This document shows, piece by piece, positions 25,713 to 25,849 of a stretch of 25,849 nucleotides of DNA. A model generated the notes under the pieces. It made no database searches. It was not told where the DNA came from and was given only the letters and a program-made list of their open reading frames with translations. The position numbers and the translations under genes are program-made. The number at the start of each line of letters is the position of its first letter. Within the stretch, counting starts at the first letter, position 1. This DNA is from Pseudomonadota bacterium. Its GTDB lineage: Bacteria > UBA10199 > 2-02-FULL-44-16 > JBDRGF01. The stretch spans positions 1 through 25,849 of the forward strand of contig JBDRGF010000036.1 of assembly GCA_043818055.1 (NCBI GenBank), given 5' to 3'.

Positions 25713-25849
25713 GAGCTGTCACAAAATAACTTGAGGTTCTTGAGGCTAGAATTTTCTGGGCTTGATTGTATAATTCCATTCCCCGTGAAATTTGTTCTTG
25801 TTTATTCTTAAGTTTTTCATTTCATCGTCGGGAACTTTTTTTCCTTTTG
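25713..25849 (-). mobile_element. 3' end of an ISAzo13-family insertion sequence (transposase C-terminus 25746-25849, partial)
   Basis: Minus-strand frame reads KGKKVPDDEMKNLRINKNKFHGEWNYTIKPRKF* (TAG at 25748-25746), matching the ISAzo13 transposase C-terminal FHGEWNYTI motif. Probable terminal IR GAGCTGTCACAAAATAA at about 25713; exact end uncertain. Confidence 0.85.

Noticed and set aside
25596..25811. Intact 71-aa response regulator
   Set aside because: Lacks the phospho-acceptor Asp, Thr and Lys; its 3' half is the antisense of an IS transposase end

Overview
Bacterial chromosomal window; the secA/recN/PP2C/M23 context suggests a deltaproteobacterium-like host, but that is inference. 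Housekeeping genes (rarA, recN, a PP2C phosphatase, an M23 peptidase, secA) are interrupted by two AT-rich accessory blocks. The first holds a Schlafen/AlbA_2-wHTH gene, an AbiE-like type IV TA pair and an M29 aminopeptidase. The second is an archaeal-type ATPase/PD-(D/E)XK gene bracketed by REP/MITE elements. From about 14.7 kb there is a chemosensory operon: parA, soluble MCP, cheW, cheY, cheB, cheA, cheC, cheD, REC and a REC remnant broken by an ISAzo13-family element at the right edge. No cheR is present in the window. The three most unusual signals are: (1) the MCP has no membrane segment or ligand domain, carries eight 92-aa kinase-type (Nik1/Os-1-like) HAMP repeats, and starts with a ParB-like GxGxxALFG peptide right after a parA gene, suggesting a self-positioning cytoplasmic array; (2) a 7-nt-periodic inverted-repeat family (TAGCGKA / CTATMCG) sits at almost every gene junction of this operon, supplies several stop codons and is translated in-frame inside CheA and probably CheD; (3) each accessory gene block has its own operator-like repeat array over its promoter.
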